This document shows, piece after piece, positions 8,970 to 18,406 of a stretch of 64,000 nucleotides of DNA (its first letter is position 1; each line of letters opens with the position of its first letter). The stretch comes from Fusobacteriota bacterium. GTDB lineage: Bacteria > Fusobacteriota > Fusobacteriia > Fusobacteriales > JBNJFI01. The stretch lies in contig JBNJFI010000002.1 of the NCBI GenBank assembly GCA_051746725.1, positions 2,460 through 66,459 on the forward strand, in the 5' to 3' direction. A program made the translations under genes and the position numbers. The notes beneath the pieces were generated by a model. That model was not told the origin of the DNA. It ran no database searches and saw only the letters and a program-made list of their open reading frames with translations.

Positions 8970-11144
8970 ATGTTAAAATTTAATAGAAAATATATGAAAA
9001 ATAAGGAGTTAATAATGAAAAATATAGAAGGAATAAAAAATGAATTATTAGGAATTTTATTCACAGGAATAGGAGGATATATTTCTTATATTTTAATAAA
9101 AGACCTAGGACAAACTAAAGTTGGTATATTGGGACAACAGTTACATAAGGGTCTATTTTTTTTAATTGGAGATTTATCTTATTTGTTACCGGTTATCTTA
9201 ATATTATATGGATTTGTTTTCTTAGTTAATAAAAAAGTTAAAATAAATAAATTAAAATTAGTAGCATTTATTATCTTTTTTCTTCTCTTACTTTCGTTAA
9301 TGGTCATGTCACAAATGGACATAAACAACACCCAGGAAGTTGGAAAGGGAGTTAAAGAGATATTACGTATAGGTGGAAATAGGAGTTCAGGGGGAATGAT
9401 TGGAGCTATTATTTCAATTGCTCTGTTTACTCTCTTTGGTAATCCAGGAGCCATTATTATTTTGTTAACTCTGATGTCTTTATCTTTGTTTATTTTTGCC
9501 AATCAACTAATAAAAAGTTTAGTAAAAGGAATTTTTGTTAATTTAAAAAATATAAAAATGCCTAAATTAAAAAAGAAAGTTTCAACTAAAATCAAAAAAG
9601 TTAATAAAAATAATAAGCCTGAAAAAATAAAAAAAAGAATAAAATTAAAAAAGCAAGATAAACGTCTAAAACAAAAAAAGAAATCTATTAATTCTAAAGA
9701 ATCTAAAAACAAAGAGATAAAAAAGACTACAAAAACCAGAGAACCTTCTAAAAATAAAGTAGCTATTCAAAATAAAAAGACCGATTCTGGTAGTGAAGTA
9801 AAAGTCGAAGGTTTATTTGATGAAAAAAATAATAGTGATCAAGATGTCAAAGAAATAAAAAAACAAATTGAACATAAAATTGAAAATTTAGAGCGAGTTT
9901 TATTAGAACATAAAATCGAGGCAAAAGTTATAAACTATGAACGAGGACCTGTAATTACAAGATTTGAATTGAGTATTCCCAGAGGAGTACGTGTTAAAAA
10001 AATTGTTGCTAGAACAGATGATATTGCAATGAATTTAGCAGCTAAAAGTATTAGAATAGAAGCTCCTATACCAGGAAAGAATGCAGTGGGAATTGAAATA
10101 CCAAATGATGTAAAAGAGGCTGTTTATTTTTCAAGTTTAATAAAAACTAAACAATATAAAAATTCTGATGCAAAATTAAAATTAATCCTTGGAAATAATA
10201 TTGTTGGAGATCATATAATAGTAGACCTAACTGAGATGCCTCACCTTTTAATAGCAGGAAGAACAGGATCTGGAAAAAGTGTTTGCATTAATACACTTAT
10301 TTCTGGTATGATATCTAAAATGTCACCTGAAGAAGTCAAATTTATTTTAGTTGATCCAAAAATGGTGGAATTAATGCCATATAACGATATTCCACACTTG
10401 TTAGTCCCTGTTATAACTAACCCAAAACTTGCGGCTACAGCTCTAAAATGGACTGTAAATGAAATGGAAGATAGGTACAAAAAATTATCAAAGTTACAAG
10501 TCCGTAATTTAGAATCATATAATAAAAAATCATCTGAAGAAAATTTACCATATATAGTTGTTGTTATTGATGAATTAGCGGATCTCATGATGGTAGCTTC
10601 TTCTTCTGTTGAAACATCTATATCTAGGATTGCTCAAAAAGCACGGGCTGTTGGAATTCACCTTATAATTGCAACTCAAAGACCTTCAACTGATGTAGTA
10701 ACAGGAACAATAAAAGCAAATTTACCATCTAGAATATCTTTTTCTGTTGCATCTCAGATAGATTCTAGAACTATATTAGATACTTCTGGAGCAGAAAAAT
10801 TACTTGGGAAAGGAGATATGCTGTTTTTAGAATCAGGAAGCCCAAATCTTTCAAGGATTCAAGGAGCTTTTATAACAGATGAAGAGGTTGTAAAATTAAC
10901 AGAATATTTAAAAAAACAACGGTCACCTGAATATAATGAAAAAGTTACGAGCCAAGAATTTAATAAAGAGACCGATGAACTTTTTGATAAAGCAATTGAA
11001 GTTATTAAGGAAGCTGAAAAAGTTTCTATATCACTTTTACAAAGGAAACTTAGAGTTGGCTATGCTAGAGCAGGAAGAATTGTAGATGATTTAGAGGAAA
11101 ATGGTATAATATCAAGTGACAGGGAGATTTTAATAGATGTATAA
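8970..11144 (+). CDS. ftsK: DNA translocase FtsK/SpoIIIE
   Basis: The protein has N-terminal TM helices, a Lys-rich linker and a motor domain with Walker A GRTGSGKS and Walker B VVVIDELADLM. A C-terminal gamma winged helix (LLQRKLRVGYARAGRIVDDLE) is present. An alternative start at 9015 follows AAGGAG. Confidence 0.9.
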   Translation: MLKFNRKYMKNKELIMKNIEGIKNELLGILFTGIGGYISYILIKDLGQTKVGILGQQLHKGLFFLIGDLSYLLPVILILYGFVFLVNKKVKINKLKLVAFIIFFLLLLSLMVMSQMDINNTQEVGKGVKEILRIGGNRSSGGMIGAIISIALFTLFGNPGAIIILLTLMSLSLFIFANQLIKSLVKGIFVNLKNIKMPKLKKKVSTKIKKVNKNNKPEKIKKRIKLKKQDKRLKQKKKSINSKESKNKEIKKTTKTREPSKNKVAIQNKKTDSGSEVKVEGLFDEKNNSDQDVKEIKKQIEHKIENLERVLLEHKIEAKVINYERGPVITRFELSIPRGVRVKKIVARTDDIAMNLAAKSIRIEAPIPGKNAVGIEIPNDVKEAVYFSSLIKTKQYKNSDAKLKLILGNNIVGDHIIVDLTEMPHLLIAGRTGSGKSVCINTLISGMISKMSPEEVKFILVDPKMVELMPYNDIPHLLVPVITNPKLAATALKWTVNEMEDRYKKLSKLQVRNLESYNKKSSEENLPYIVVVIDELADLMMVASSSVETSISRIAQKARAVGIHLIIATQRPSTDVVTGTIKANLPSRISFSVASQIDSRTILDTSGAEKLLGKGDMLFLESGSPNLSRIQGAFITDEEVVKLTEYLKKQRSPEYNEKVTSQEFNKETDELFDKAIEVIKEAEKVSISLLQRKLRVGYARAGRIVDDLEENGIISSDREILIDV

Positions 11145-11505
11145 AATAATATTTCTTTTTCTAATAATTTTAATTGTGTTATATTTAATGTTTAGAAAAA
11201 ATGAAGATTCATATTCCAATAATACTGGGGCTATTTCCGGAATGGTTTTATTCAAAGTTGGAAAAAAGCCTATGGAAAAAGCTATGGTATCACTTGGAAA
11301 AATAGAGTCTTCTGGATCTCAGCAAAGATTTATAGTTGAAGATAATTTAGAGACAATAACCAACTCAGATGGAGAATTCTCATTTGAAAATTTGAAATTA
11401 AAAAAATATTGGGTTAAAGCAGAAAAAAATGGGAAAAAAGCTTTAAGATTGGTAAAATTAACAGAAGACACAAAATTTATAGAAGAATTAGTTTTATACT
11501 TATAA
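11137..11505 (+). CDS. small membrane-anchored protein with a carboxypeptidase-regulatory-like beta-sandwich
   Basis: There is an N-terminal TM helix. ISGMVL...TNSDGEFSFENLKLKKYWVKAEKNG resembles the CarboxypepD_reg fold. The gene overlaps the ftsK end by 8 nt. Confidence 0.45.
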   Translation: MYKIIFLFLIILIVLYLMFRKNEDSYSNNTGAISGMVLFKVGKKPMEKAMVSLGKIESSGSQQRFIVEDNLETITNSDGEFSFENLKLKKYWVKAEKNGKKALRLVKLTEDTKFIEELVLYL

Positions 11506-11518
11506 AAGGAGAATATTT

Positions 11519-12106
11519 ATGATACTAGCTTCAAGTTCGCCTAGAAGAAAAGAAATTTTAAGCAAAATATTTAATAATTTATCAATAAAAACCAAAGATA
11601 TAAAAGAAATCAGTGATAAAAAAACTATAATAGATCAAATTGAAGATATAGCTTTTAAAAAGTGTATAGCAGTGGCTACTGAAAATCCAAATGAATATGT
11701 TTTGGCTGCAGATACAGTTGTGGTATTGGAAGATGAAATTATAACTAAACCTAATTCAAAAAAAGAGGCCAAGGATATATTAAAAAGATTAAGTAATCAT
11801 GAACATATAGTTATAACTGCATATTCTTTTTTGAATAAAAACAAAAATATTAAAATAATTAATCATGATATTACAAAAGTCTATATGCGAGAGATAAGTG
11901 AACTAGATATTGATTGGTATATCAATTCTAAAGAGCCTTTAGATAAAGCTGGAGCTTATGGAATTCAAGAAAAAGGAAGTATTTTTGTAAAAAAAATAGA
12001 AGGGGATTTTTTTAATGTAATGGGATTTCCATTATCAAAGTTTATTTATGATTTACGAGAAAATAATATTAAAATTACAGATTTGGAAAATAATCTAGCT
12101 AAATAA
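11519..12106 (+). CDS. maf: Maf-like nucleoside-triphosphate pyrophosphatase / septum formation protein
   Basis: ILASSSPRRKEIL at the N-terminus and DKAGAYGIQE are canonical Maf motifs. Confidence 0.85.
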   Translation: MILASSSPRRKEILSKIFNNLSIKTKDIKEISDKKTIIDQIEDIAFKKCIAVATENPNEYVLAADTVVVLEDEIITKPNSKKEAKDILKRLSNHEHIVITAYSFLNKNKNIKIINHDITKVYMREISELDIDWYINSKEPLDKAGAYGIQEKGSIFVKKIEGDFFNVMGFPLSKFIYDLRENNIKITDLENNLAK

Positions 12107-12127
12107 ATATAAGAAAGGAATCTTAAG

Positions 12128-13192
12128 ATGGATTTTAAGAAAAAATTTAAAGAAGAAATCAAAAAAGTTACTAATATTTTTTCAGAAGATGTTGGTGTAG
12201 ATTTAGGAACAGCAAATACTCTGGTTTATGTTAAAAATAAGGGGGTAGTTTTGCAAGAGCCTTCTGTCATAGCTTTGGATTCTAAAACTAAGGAAATATA
12301 TGCAGTCGGACAAGAAGCTAAAGATATGATCGGGAAAACTCCAAGAAATTTAAAGGCAATTAAACCTCTACAAGACGGAGTAATAGCTGATTATGAAGTA
12401 ACAGAGAAAATGTTACAGTTCTTTTTGAATAAAACAAAAAAGAGAAAATTTTTTAGTAATCCACGTGTAATAATATGTGTCCCAGCAGGGGTTACTCAAG
12501 TTGAAAAAAGAGCTGTTATGGACGTAGCCAGAGAAGCCGGTGCCAGAGAAGCCTACTTGATAGAAGAACCTATGGCAGCAGCAATAGGAACTGGGCTAGA
12601 TATTTTTAAACCAGAAGGGAATATGATTGTCGATATCGGTGGGGGAACTACAGAAATTGCAATTATATCTTTAGGAGGTATAGTAGAAAAAACATCTTTA
12701 AGAGTTGCTGGTGATACTTTAAATAATGATATTATTTCATATATACGTCAAGAGTATGACATTGTCGTAGGAGAAAAAACTGCTGAAGAATTAAAAATTG
12801 AAATTGCAACAGCAATGAAATTAGAAAAGGAATCCACATTTGATATTAGGGGAAGAAATATACTTAATGGATTACCTATAAATATAACTTTAACTTCAAA
12901 TGGTATAAAATCAGCAATAGATGAATCAGTTCGTGAAATCATAGAAGAAATTAAAGTTATTTTAGAAAAAGCTCCAACAGAATTATTGGCTGATATATAT
13001 CAAAAAGGTATTGTTCTAACTGGTGGAGGAGCTCTTATTACTGGTTTAAAAGAAAAAATTTCTGAAGAATTGCGAATCCCTATATATGTTGCAGATGATC
13101 CAATTCACTCTGTTATCAATGGAATAGGAAAATTATTAGAAGAATTTCCTAAATATGAAAGGGTGATTATATCTCCAGAAACTGATTATTAA
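12128..13192 (+). CDS. mreB: rod-shape determining protein MreB
   Basis: DLGTANTLVY, PLQDGVIADY, VDIGGGTTEIA and VLTGGGALI are actin-fold MreB motifs. Confidence 0.95.
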   Translation: MDFKKKFKEEIKKVTNIFSEDVGVDLGTANTLVYVKNKGVVLQEPSVIALDSKTKEIYAVGQEAKDMIGKTPRNLKAIKPLQDGVIADYEVTEKMLQFFLNKTKKRKFFSNPRVIICVPAGVTQVEKRAVMDVAREAGAREAYLIEEPMAAAIGTGLDIFKPEGNMIVDIGGGTTEIAIISLGGIVEKTSLRVAGDTLNNDIISYIRQEYDIVVGEKTAEELKIEIATAMKLEKESTFDIRGRNILNGLPINITLTSNGIKSAIDESVREIIEEIKVILEKAPTELLADIYQKGIVLTGGGALITGLKEKISEELRIPIYVADDPIHSVINGIGKLLEEFPKYERVIISPETDY

Positions 13193-13206
13193 AATTAGGA
13201 GGGAAT

Positions 13207-15462
13207 ATGAGAAAACCGATTATAAAATATATAATTTTTGCTTCGATATTAAGCATTACTTTAATTTTTGGATTTTCACCCAAAATAAAAAAGTCAATAT
13301 ATGAAACAAATATTAATCAGAAAAAAGAGAAAATATCTTCTAAAATTAATATAATAAGAAATAATTTAACCAATGATAATATGATCCAGTTTAAAAACCT
13401 ATATAATCTAGAAGACTTAAGTTTAATCAACAATGGAAAAATCATTAAGAGTGGAGATCTCGGTAATTTAAATGAAGATAAAGAATTAAAACCTATATCA
13501 AATATTACTAAAGAATCTTTTTTGGAAAAAGGATATTGGATTGATTCTGAGACAGAGTTAACTTATTATATACCAGCAAATAATGAAGATGGTATCATCG
13601 CAGTAAAGACAAATACCAAAGAAGAATTGGATCATGCAAAAAAAGTTTTACGTAAAATACAAAAGATTCTAATGGGGATTCTTTTGATAGTGATTTTAGG
13701 AATATTCATTTTTTATGTATATAATTTTTATTATCCTTTTTATGAAACAGATAAACATATTAAAAAAATAAACGATCCCTTAAATATTTCTCAATATACT
13801 AACAAATTAAGTCCTGATAATAAGGGGGATTTTAAATCTTTAATCATTCATATCAATGAGCTTTGGGAAAAATTGTATAAAAGACTTGATGTTATAGATA
13901 AAGATCGAAATGCAACAAAAAAGCTGTATAATATTATGAAATTGAATAATTCTAAGATATTATCCCTATATGAATTTGCAAAGACTCTGGCATTTGATAT
14001 AAAATTAGATAAGATATATGAAAAAACAGAAAAAATTCTGTTTGAAATAATGGATGCCAATGCATTTGTATTGTTATTAGAAAAAAATAATTCTTTTGAA
14101 GTCGAAGCGATAAAAGGTATTTCTAATTATGAAAATTTAAAACAAAAGGATCTCGTAGATTATCTTAAAAAAATTTCAAAATCAGTAAAAATAAGGAATA
14201 CTGTTGAAGATAGTAAGTTTGAATTTATTAATATGAAAAATGATGACTTAAAAAAATTAAATTCACTAATAGCAATTCCAATTAAAAACTCTAATGAATT
14301 TATTGGATATATGATTGTTGATGGAGTATTTAATAACAAATTAAAACACACTGATGAAATAAAAACATTAACAAGTATAGGGGAAATCGTTGGGAAATCT
14401 TTAAGTCAAGCTTTAAAATATAGAGAGATGAATATTGGACTAAATCTAGCTAGAATTTTATATCGGATTACAACTTTAGTTGAAAAAGAAAAAGATCTCT
14501 ATGAGATTTTTAGAGAAATAGTACACTCAATTAAAGGGATTATAGATTATACATCGGCTTCTATTTATATGTTAAATGACAATAATGAATTAGAGCCTAC
14601 TCCAGAATACAGAGAAGGAGAAGAAGATGATATTCTGGAAAGTGTTGAATTTAAATTAGGTAGAGGTATAAAGGCTTTGGTTGCAAATAAAAAAGAAGCA
14701 ATTATCATAAAAGATGTTCGTAAGAATCAAAAAAGTCTAAAAAGCGTTTTTAATGAAACCGAAAATTCAATAGCATCTTTTATATCTGTTCCAATGCTTA
14801 TAAATAACAAATTAATTGGAGTGATGAATTTAAGTCATAAGGAACCTAATAAATTCAAAATAGAAGATAAAAAAATATTAAGAGTATTTGCCAATCAGGC
14901 GGCTTCAACTATTAGAAAAGTCAAAAAAGATAAAAAAATTGAAGATCTTTTAGCCAAAGTAAAAAGAGAATCTATAACTGATCCATTAACTCAGCTCTAT
15001 AATAGACGATATATGATGACAAGTTTAGAAAGAGAACTAGACAGAGCTCGTAGAGAAGGATCTCAAGTTGGTCTATTGGCCACAGACATAGATCACTTTA
15101 AAAAATTTAATGATACCTATGGACATCAAGCAGGAGATTTTGTATTACAGGAAGTTGCCGTTGAATTAAAAAATGATATAAGAATGATGGACCTTGCTTG
15201 TAGATATGGAGGAGAAGAATTCTTTATTATTCTCCCAAATATTGATCAAAACACGTTAAAAAAAGTTGCTTTTAGAATTTTAAATGGTATCAGAAATAAA
15301 ACTATGGTATATGAAAATCAAAATTTAAGTGTAACTATTAGTATTGGGACAGCAATTTCTTCAAATAATATACAATCTTCAAAGGAACTAATAGAAAGAG
15401 CAGATAATGCACTTTATAAAGCAAAAAATACAGGTCGTAATAAAGTAATTGTCTATAATTAA
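13207..15462 (+). CDS. membrane-anchored GAF-GAF-GGDEF diguanylate cyclase
   Basis: Two TM segments bracket a periplasmic region. The C-terminal domain has DPLTQLYNRRY, DIDHFKKFNDTYGH and an intact RYGGEEFFIILP active site. Confidence 0.8.
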   Translation: MRKPIIKYIIFASILSITLIFGFSPKIKKSIYETNINQKKEKISSKINIIRNNLTNDNMIQFKNLYNLEDLSLINNGKIIKSGDLGNLNEDKELKPISNITKESFLEKGYWIDSETELTYYIPANNEDGIIAVKTNTKEELDHAKKVLRKIQKILMGILLIVILGIFIFYVYNFYYPFYETDKHIKKINDPLNISQYTNKLSPDNKGDFKSLIIHINELWEKLYKRLDVIDKDRNATKKLYNIMKLNNSKILSLYEFAKTLAFDIKLDKIYEKTEKILFEIMDANAFVLLLEKNNSFEVEAIKGISNYENLKQKDLVDYLKKISKSVKIRNTVEDSKFEFINMKNDDLKKLNSLIAIPIKNSNEFIGYMIVDGVFNNKLKHTDEIKTLTSIGEIVGKSLSQALKYREMNIGLNLARILYRITTLVEKEKDLYEIFREIVHSIKGIIDYTSASIYMLNDNNELEPTPEYREGEEDDILESVEFKLGRGIKALVANKKEAIIIKDVRKNQKSLKSVFNETENSIASFISVPMLINNKLIGVMNLSHKEPNKFKIEDKKILRVFANQAASTIRKVKKDKKIEDLLAKVKRESITDPLTQLYNRRYMMTSLERELDRARREGSQVGLLATDIDHFKKFNDTYGHQAGDFVLQEVAVELKNDIRMMDLACRYGGEEFFIILPNIDQNTLKKVAFRILNGIRNKTMVYENQNLSVTISIGTAISSNNIQSSKELIERADNALYKAKNTGRNKVIVYN

Positions 15463-15479
15463 TTTAAAAAGGAGGTATC

Positions 15480-17165
15480 ATGAAAAAAACGATATTTTTT
15501 ATGATATTATTAATCAGTATTTCGGGATATGGTGAGACTGTCATTCCTAGTGGAAATGACGATATATATTTTGAATTTGATACAAAGAATTTTCTAGTTT
15601 CAAACATTAAATCAAAAAAGCATGAGATACCATTGGAAAAATTAAAATTTGGAATTTTCATTGATGATAAATTTATAAATTTTAAAGATATTAATCAAAA
15701 AATTGAATATATCATTAATACCAATATTATACAGATAACTTCAATAATAGATAATATTGAAATAACAACTTATTTATATGCATCTTACAAAAATACTCCA
15801 CGAATCTATGTACATTCAAAAATTAATGCTATGAATTTTTCCGGTTCAAAAGCAATAAAGATGTTTTATAATTTAAATCCTATTTCTAAAAATGAAGTAT
15901 TTAATGTTGATGACGATTTTCTTCAAGAAGAGAATATGAGAATCAAATCTTTAAATAATATGAATACTTTTTATTTGGCAAATAGTCGGAAAATAGATAA
16001 CATAAGCTTAAAAAGTAAAAAATTAACTAAAATACATGAAAATAAAAATAGATCTGAAAATGAAAATATCCTTGTGATTAGTGATTTAGGAAATATATCA
16101 AAATATGAAAAAAAAGAAGACTTCTCAGTTATAGCTTTTGACGAAAGAACACCAGATTTTTTAGATATTAAGTACACTCATCCTATTGGAGAACAAATTC
16201 CTCTTTGGAAGCATTGGTTAAGCAATATACCTTTTGATAATTTAACTGATACAGAACAAAAGATAATGCACCAAAATTTTTCGTTATTAAAAACTTTTAA
16301 TGCTGAGAATAATTCTTTATCTTTTGATTATAATGATCAAAATGATATTGATACTAAATTAAAAATAACTCTAGCTTTTTTAGAGGGGGGACACTTAGAT
16401 AAGGGATTTGAAAATTTAAATTGTTTATTGGATAATTATATAAAACAAACAGACCTTGAAAGCTTAACTGATTTTGAAAATTTTGCTAAATTTTTAAATT
16501 TATTTGCCAAATATATTAACAAAAGTTCAAACACTTTATTTTTACAAAAAAATTATGTATATATTGTCAATTACATAACAGAACCTATATATAATAAATT
16601 AAAAAACACTAAAAATATTTCAACTTTAGAATCAGCTAGTAGTTTATATAATTTATCTATTATCTTAAAAGATTTTTCTGATGAACTTGAATGGTTTATT
16701 CCAGATGGACTCCTAACTAAGTATCGATATCAAGCCAATGACATGATAAGCAAATTTAAAAATAAAAAATTAGAAAAAATAAAAATTTCTGAAATAAAAG
16801 TTGAAGATTTGTATTTTTTAGTTAGATCTGGCTTAATTTCTAATAACAAGCTGACTCAATTTTTACTGAGTTTTAAAACAGAAAATACCGAATTGAATAA
16901 TTATAAAACATATAGGATGATAGACAAAATTATAGTAATTAAATCCTTATATGAGATAGGTGATTTTGATGAAGCAATGGAAATCAAGAAAGAGCTGGAT
17001 CAAATAATTATGGATAACAACTATATAATTCCTGAGTATGTTAAACAAAATAATAATATATATAAATATGGTGAAGAAGGAATTGACCTTAATTTAGCTG
17101 CTGAATACATTTTAATGATATATGATAGAGAAAAATTAAGGAGTAAATATGGATATCAAAAATAA
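15480..17165 (+). CDS. hypothetical secreted protein (561 aa)
   Basis: A signal peptide MKKTIFFMILLISISGYG is present and no firm motif is seen. The C-terminal helical-repeat-like region is only vaguely reminiscent of (alpha/alpha)6 glycosidases. The gene overlaps scpB by 17 nt. Confidence 0.4.
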   Translation: MKKTIFFMILLISISGYGETVIPSGNDDIYFEFDTKNFLVSNIKSKKHEIPLEKLKFGIFIDDKFINFKDINQKIEYIINTNIIQITSIIDNIEITTYLYASYKNTPRIYVHSKINAMNFSGSKAIKMFYNLNPISKNEVFNVDDDFLQEENMRIKSLNNMNTFYLANSRKIDNISLKSKKLTKIHENKNRSENENILVISDLGNISKYEKKEDFSVIAFDERTPDFLDIKYTHPIGEQIPLWKHWLSNIPFDNLTDTEQKIMHQNFSLLKTFNAENNSLSFDYNDQNDIDTKLKITLAFLEGGHLDKGFENLNCLLDNYIKQTDLESLTDFENFAKFLNLFAKYINKSSNTLFLQKNYVYIVNYITEPIYNKLKNTKNISTLESASSLYNLSIILKDFSDELEWFIPDGLLTKYRYQANDMISKFKNKKLEKIKISEIKVEDLYFLVRSGLISNNKLTQFLLSFKTENTELNNYKTYRMIDKIIVIKSLYEIGDFDEAMEIKKELDQIIMDNNYIIPEYVKQNNNIYKYGEEGIDLNLAAEYILMIYDREKLRSKYGYQK

Positions 17166-17685
17166 AATCGAAGCGATTTTGTTTTTAGCGGGAGATATTA
17201 TTGATATTACAGAATTTCAAAGAGTTTTAGATGTTTCTAAAAAGGATATAAATAGAATTTTAAAAGAAATGGAAAGCGAAAAAAAACATACTGGATTGAA
17301 TATAAAAATTAAAGACAATAAGGTGCAATTAATAACTAACCCAAATTATGGTAAAGTAATTTCCCAATTTTTTAATAAAAAAGATAAGCCAAAAAAGTTG
17401 ACAAAAGCTGCTTTGGAAACTCTTTCCATAATTGCATATAATCAACCTGTAACAAAAATTGAAGTTGACGATATAAGAGGGGTTAATTCTGATAAAACTA
17501 TTTCAACTCTTCAAGATAAAAATTTAGTTTTTATTTCTGGACAAAAGGACACTATTGGAACTCCTAATATATACAAAGTTACTGATGATTTTTTCAAATA
17601 TATGAATATAGAAAATTTAAGTGATTTACCAAAATATGACGAGGTGATGAATGAGCAAACAAAAAAAACAAGAAAGGATAAATAA
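17149..17685 (+). CDS. scpB: segregation and condensation protein B
   Basis: IEAILFLAGD..., LETLSIIAYNQPVTKIEVDDIRGV and the tandem winged-helix layout are typical of ScpB. Confidence 0.85.
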   Translation: MDIKNKIEAILFLAGDIIDITEFQRVLDVSKKDINRILKEMESEKKHTGLNIKIKDNKVQLITNPNYGKVISQFFNKKDKPKKLTKAALETLSIIAYNQPVTKIEVDDIRGVNSDKTISTLQDKNLVFISGQKDTIGTPNIYKVTDDFFKYMNIENLSDLPKYDEVMNEQTKKTRKDK

Positions 17686-18391
17686 ATTTTTAGCAAATTT
17701 AGGAATCGCTGCTAGAAGAAAAATCGATGATATGATTGAAGATGGCAGGGTAAAAGTTAATGGCAAAAAAGCTCAATTAGGTCAAAAAGTTACTCCAGAT
17801 GATTCCATAGAAATAGATGGAGATAATATAAATACTGAAAAAGAGATTAAAAATGTATATTATCTTTTAAATAAACCACAAAAAGTTTTGAGTGCTACTA
17901 GTGATTATACAAATAGAAAACTGGTAGTTGATTTTATAAAAGATGATAAAAGAGTCTATCCAGTGGGAAGACTAGATTATGACACAGAGGGAATTATTAT
18001 TTTAACCAATGATGGAGATATAGTTAATAGAATTTTAAGGCCTTCTGCTAAAGTTTATAAAACTTATCTTGCTAAAGTTGAAGGAAAATTATCTTATAAT
18101 GATTTAAAACTTCTAGAAGAAGGGATATATTTGCAAGATGGTCTAACTCTTCCAGCTAAAGCCAAAGTCGAAAGACGTATTAAAGGAAATACATGGGTCG
18201 AAATTAAAATTAGAGAAGGTCGAAATAGACAAGTTCGAAGGATGTTTGATCAGATTAATCATCCTGTTATGTTTTTACGTAGAACTCAGATTGGCAAAAT
18301 TAAAATTGGAAACTTATTACCTGGAGAATATAGAGATCTTACAAAAAAAGAACTAGATTATATTTATAACTTAGATGAAAAAAGAGATTAA
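17651..18391 (+). CDS. rluB: rRNA pseudouridine synthase, RsuA/RluB family (S4 domain + catalytic domain)
   Basis: The S4 motif is RINKFLANLGIAARRKIDDMIEDGRVKVNG and the catalytic motif is GRLDYDTEGIIILTNDG. Confidence 0.85.
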   Translation: MSKQKKQERINKFLANLGIAARRKIDDMIEDGRVKVNGKKAQLGQKVTPDDSIEIDGDNINTEKEIKNVYYLLNKPQKVLSATSDYTNRKLVVDFIKDDKRVYPVGRLDYDTEGIIILTNDGDIVNRILRPSAKVYKTYLAKVEGKLSYNDLKLLEEGIYLQDGLTLPAKAKVERRIKGNTWVEIKIREGRNRQVRRMFDQINHPVMFLRRTQIGKIKIGNLLPGEYRDLTKKELDYIYNLDEKRD

Positions 18392-18406
18392 ATATTGGAG
18401 GATGTT

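Noticed and set aside
9530-9800. A highly A-rich, seemingly repetitive stretch looked like a possible repeat array.
   Set aside because: It is the in-frame Lys-rich low-complexity linker of FtsK (KKKVSTKIKKVNKNNKPEKIKK...). It is not a spaced repeat or a CRISPR.
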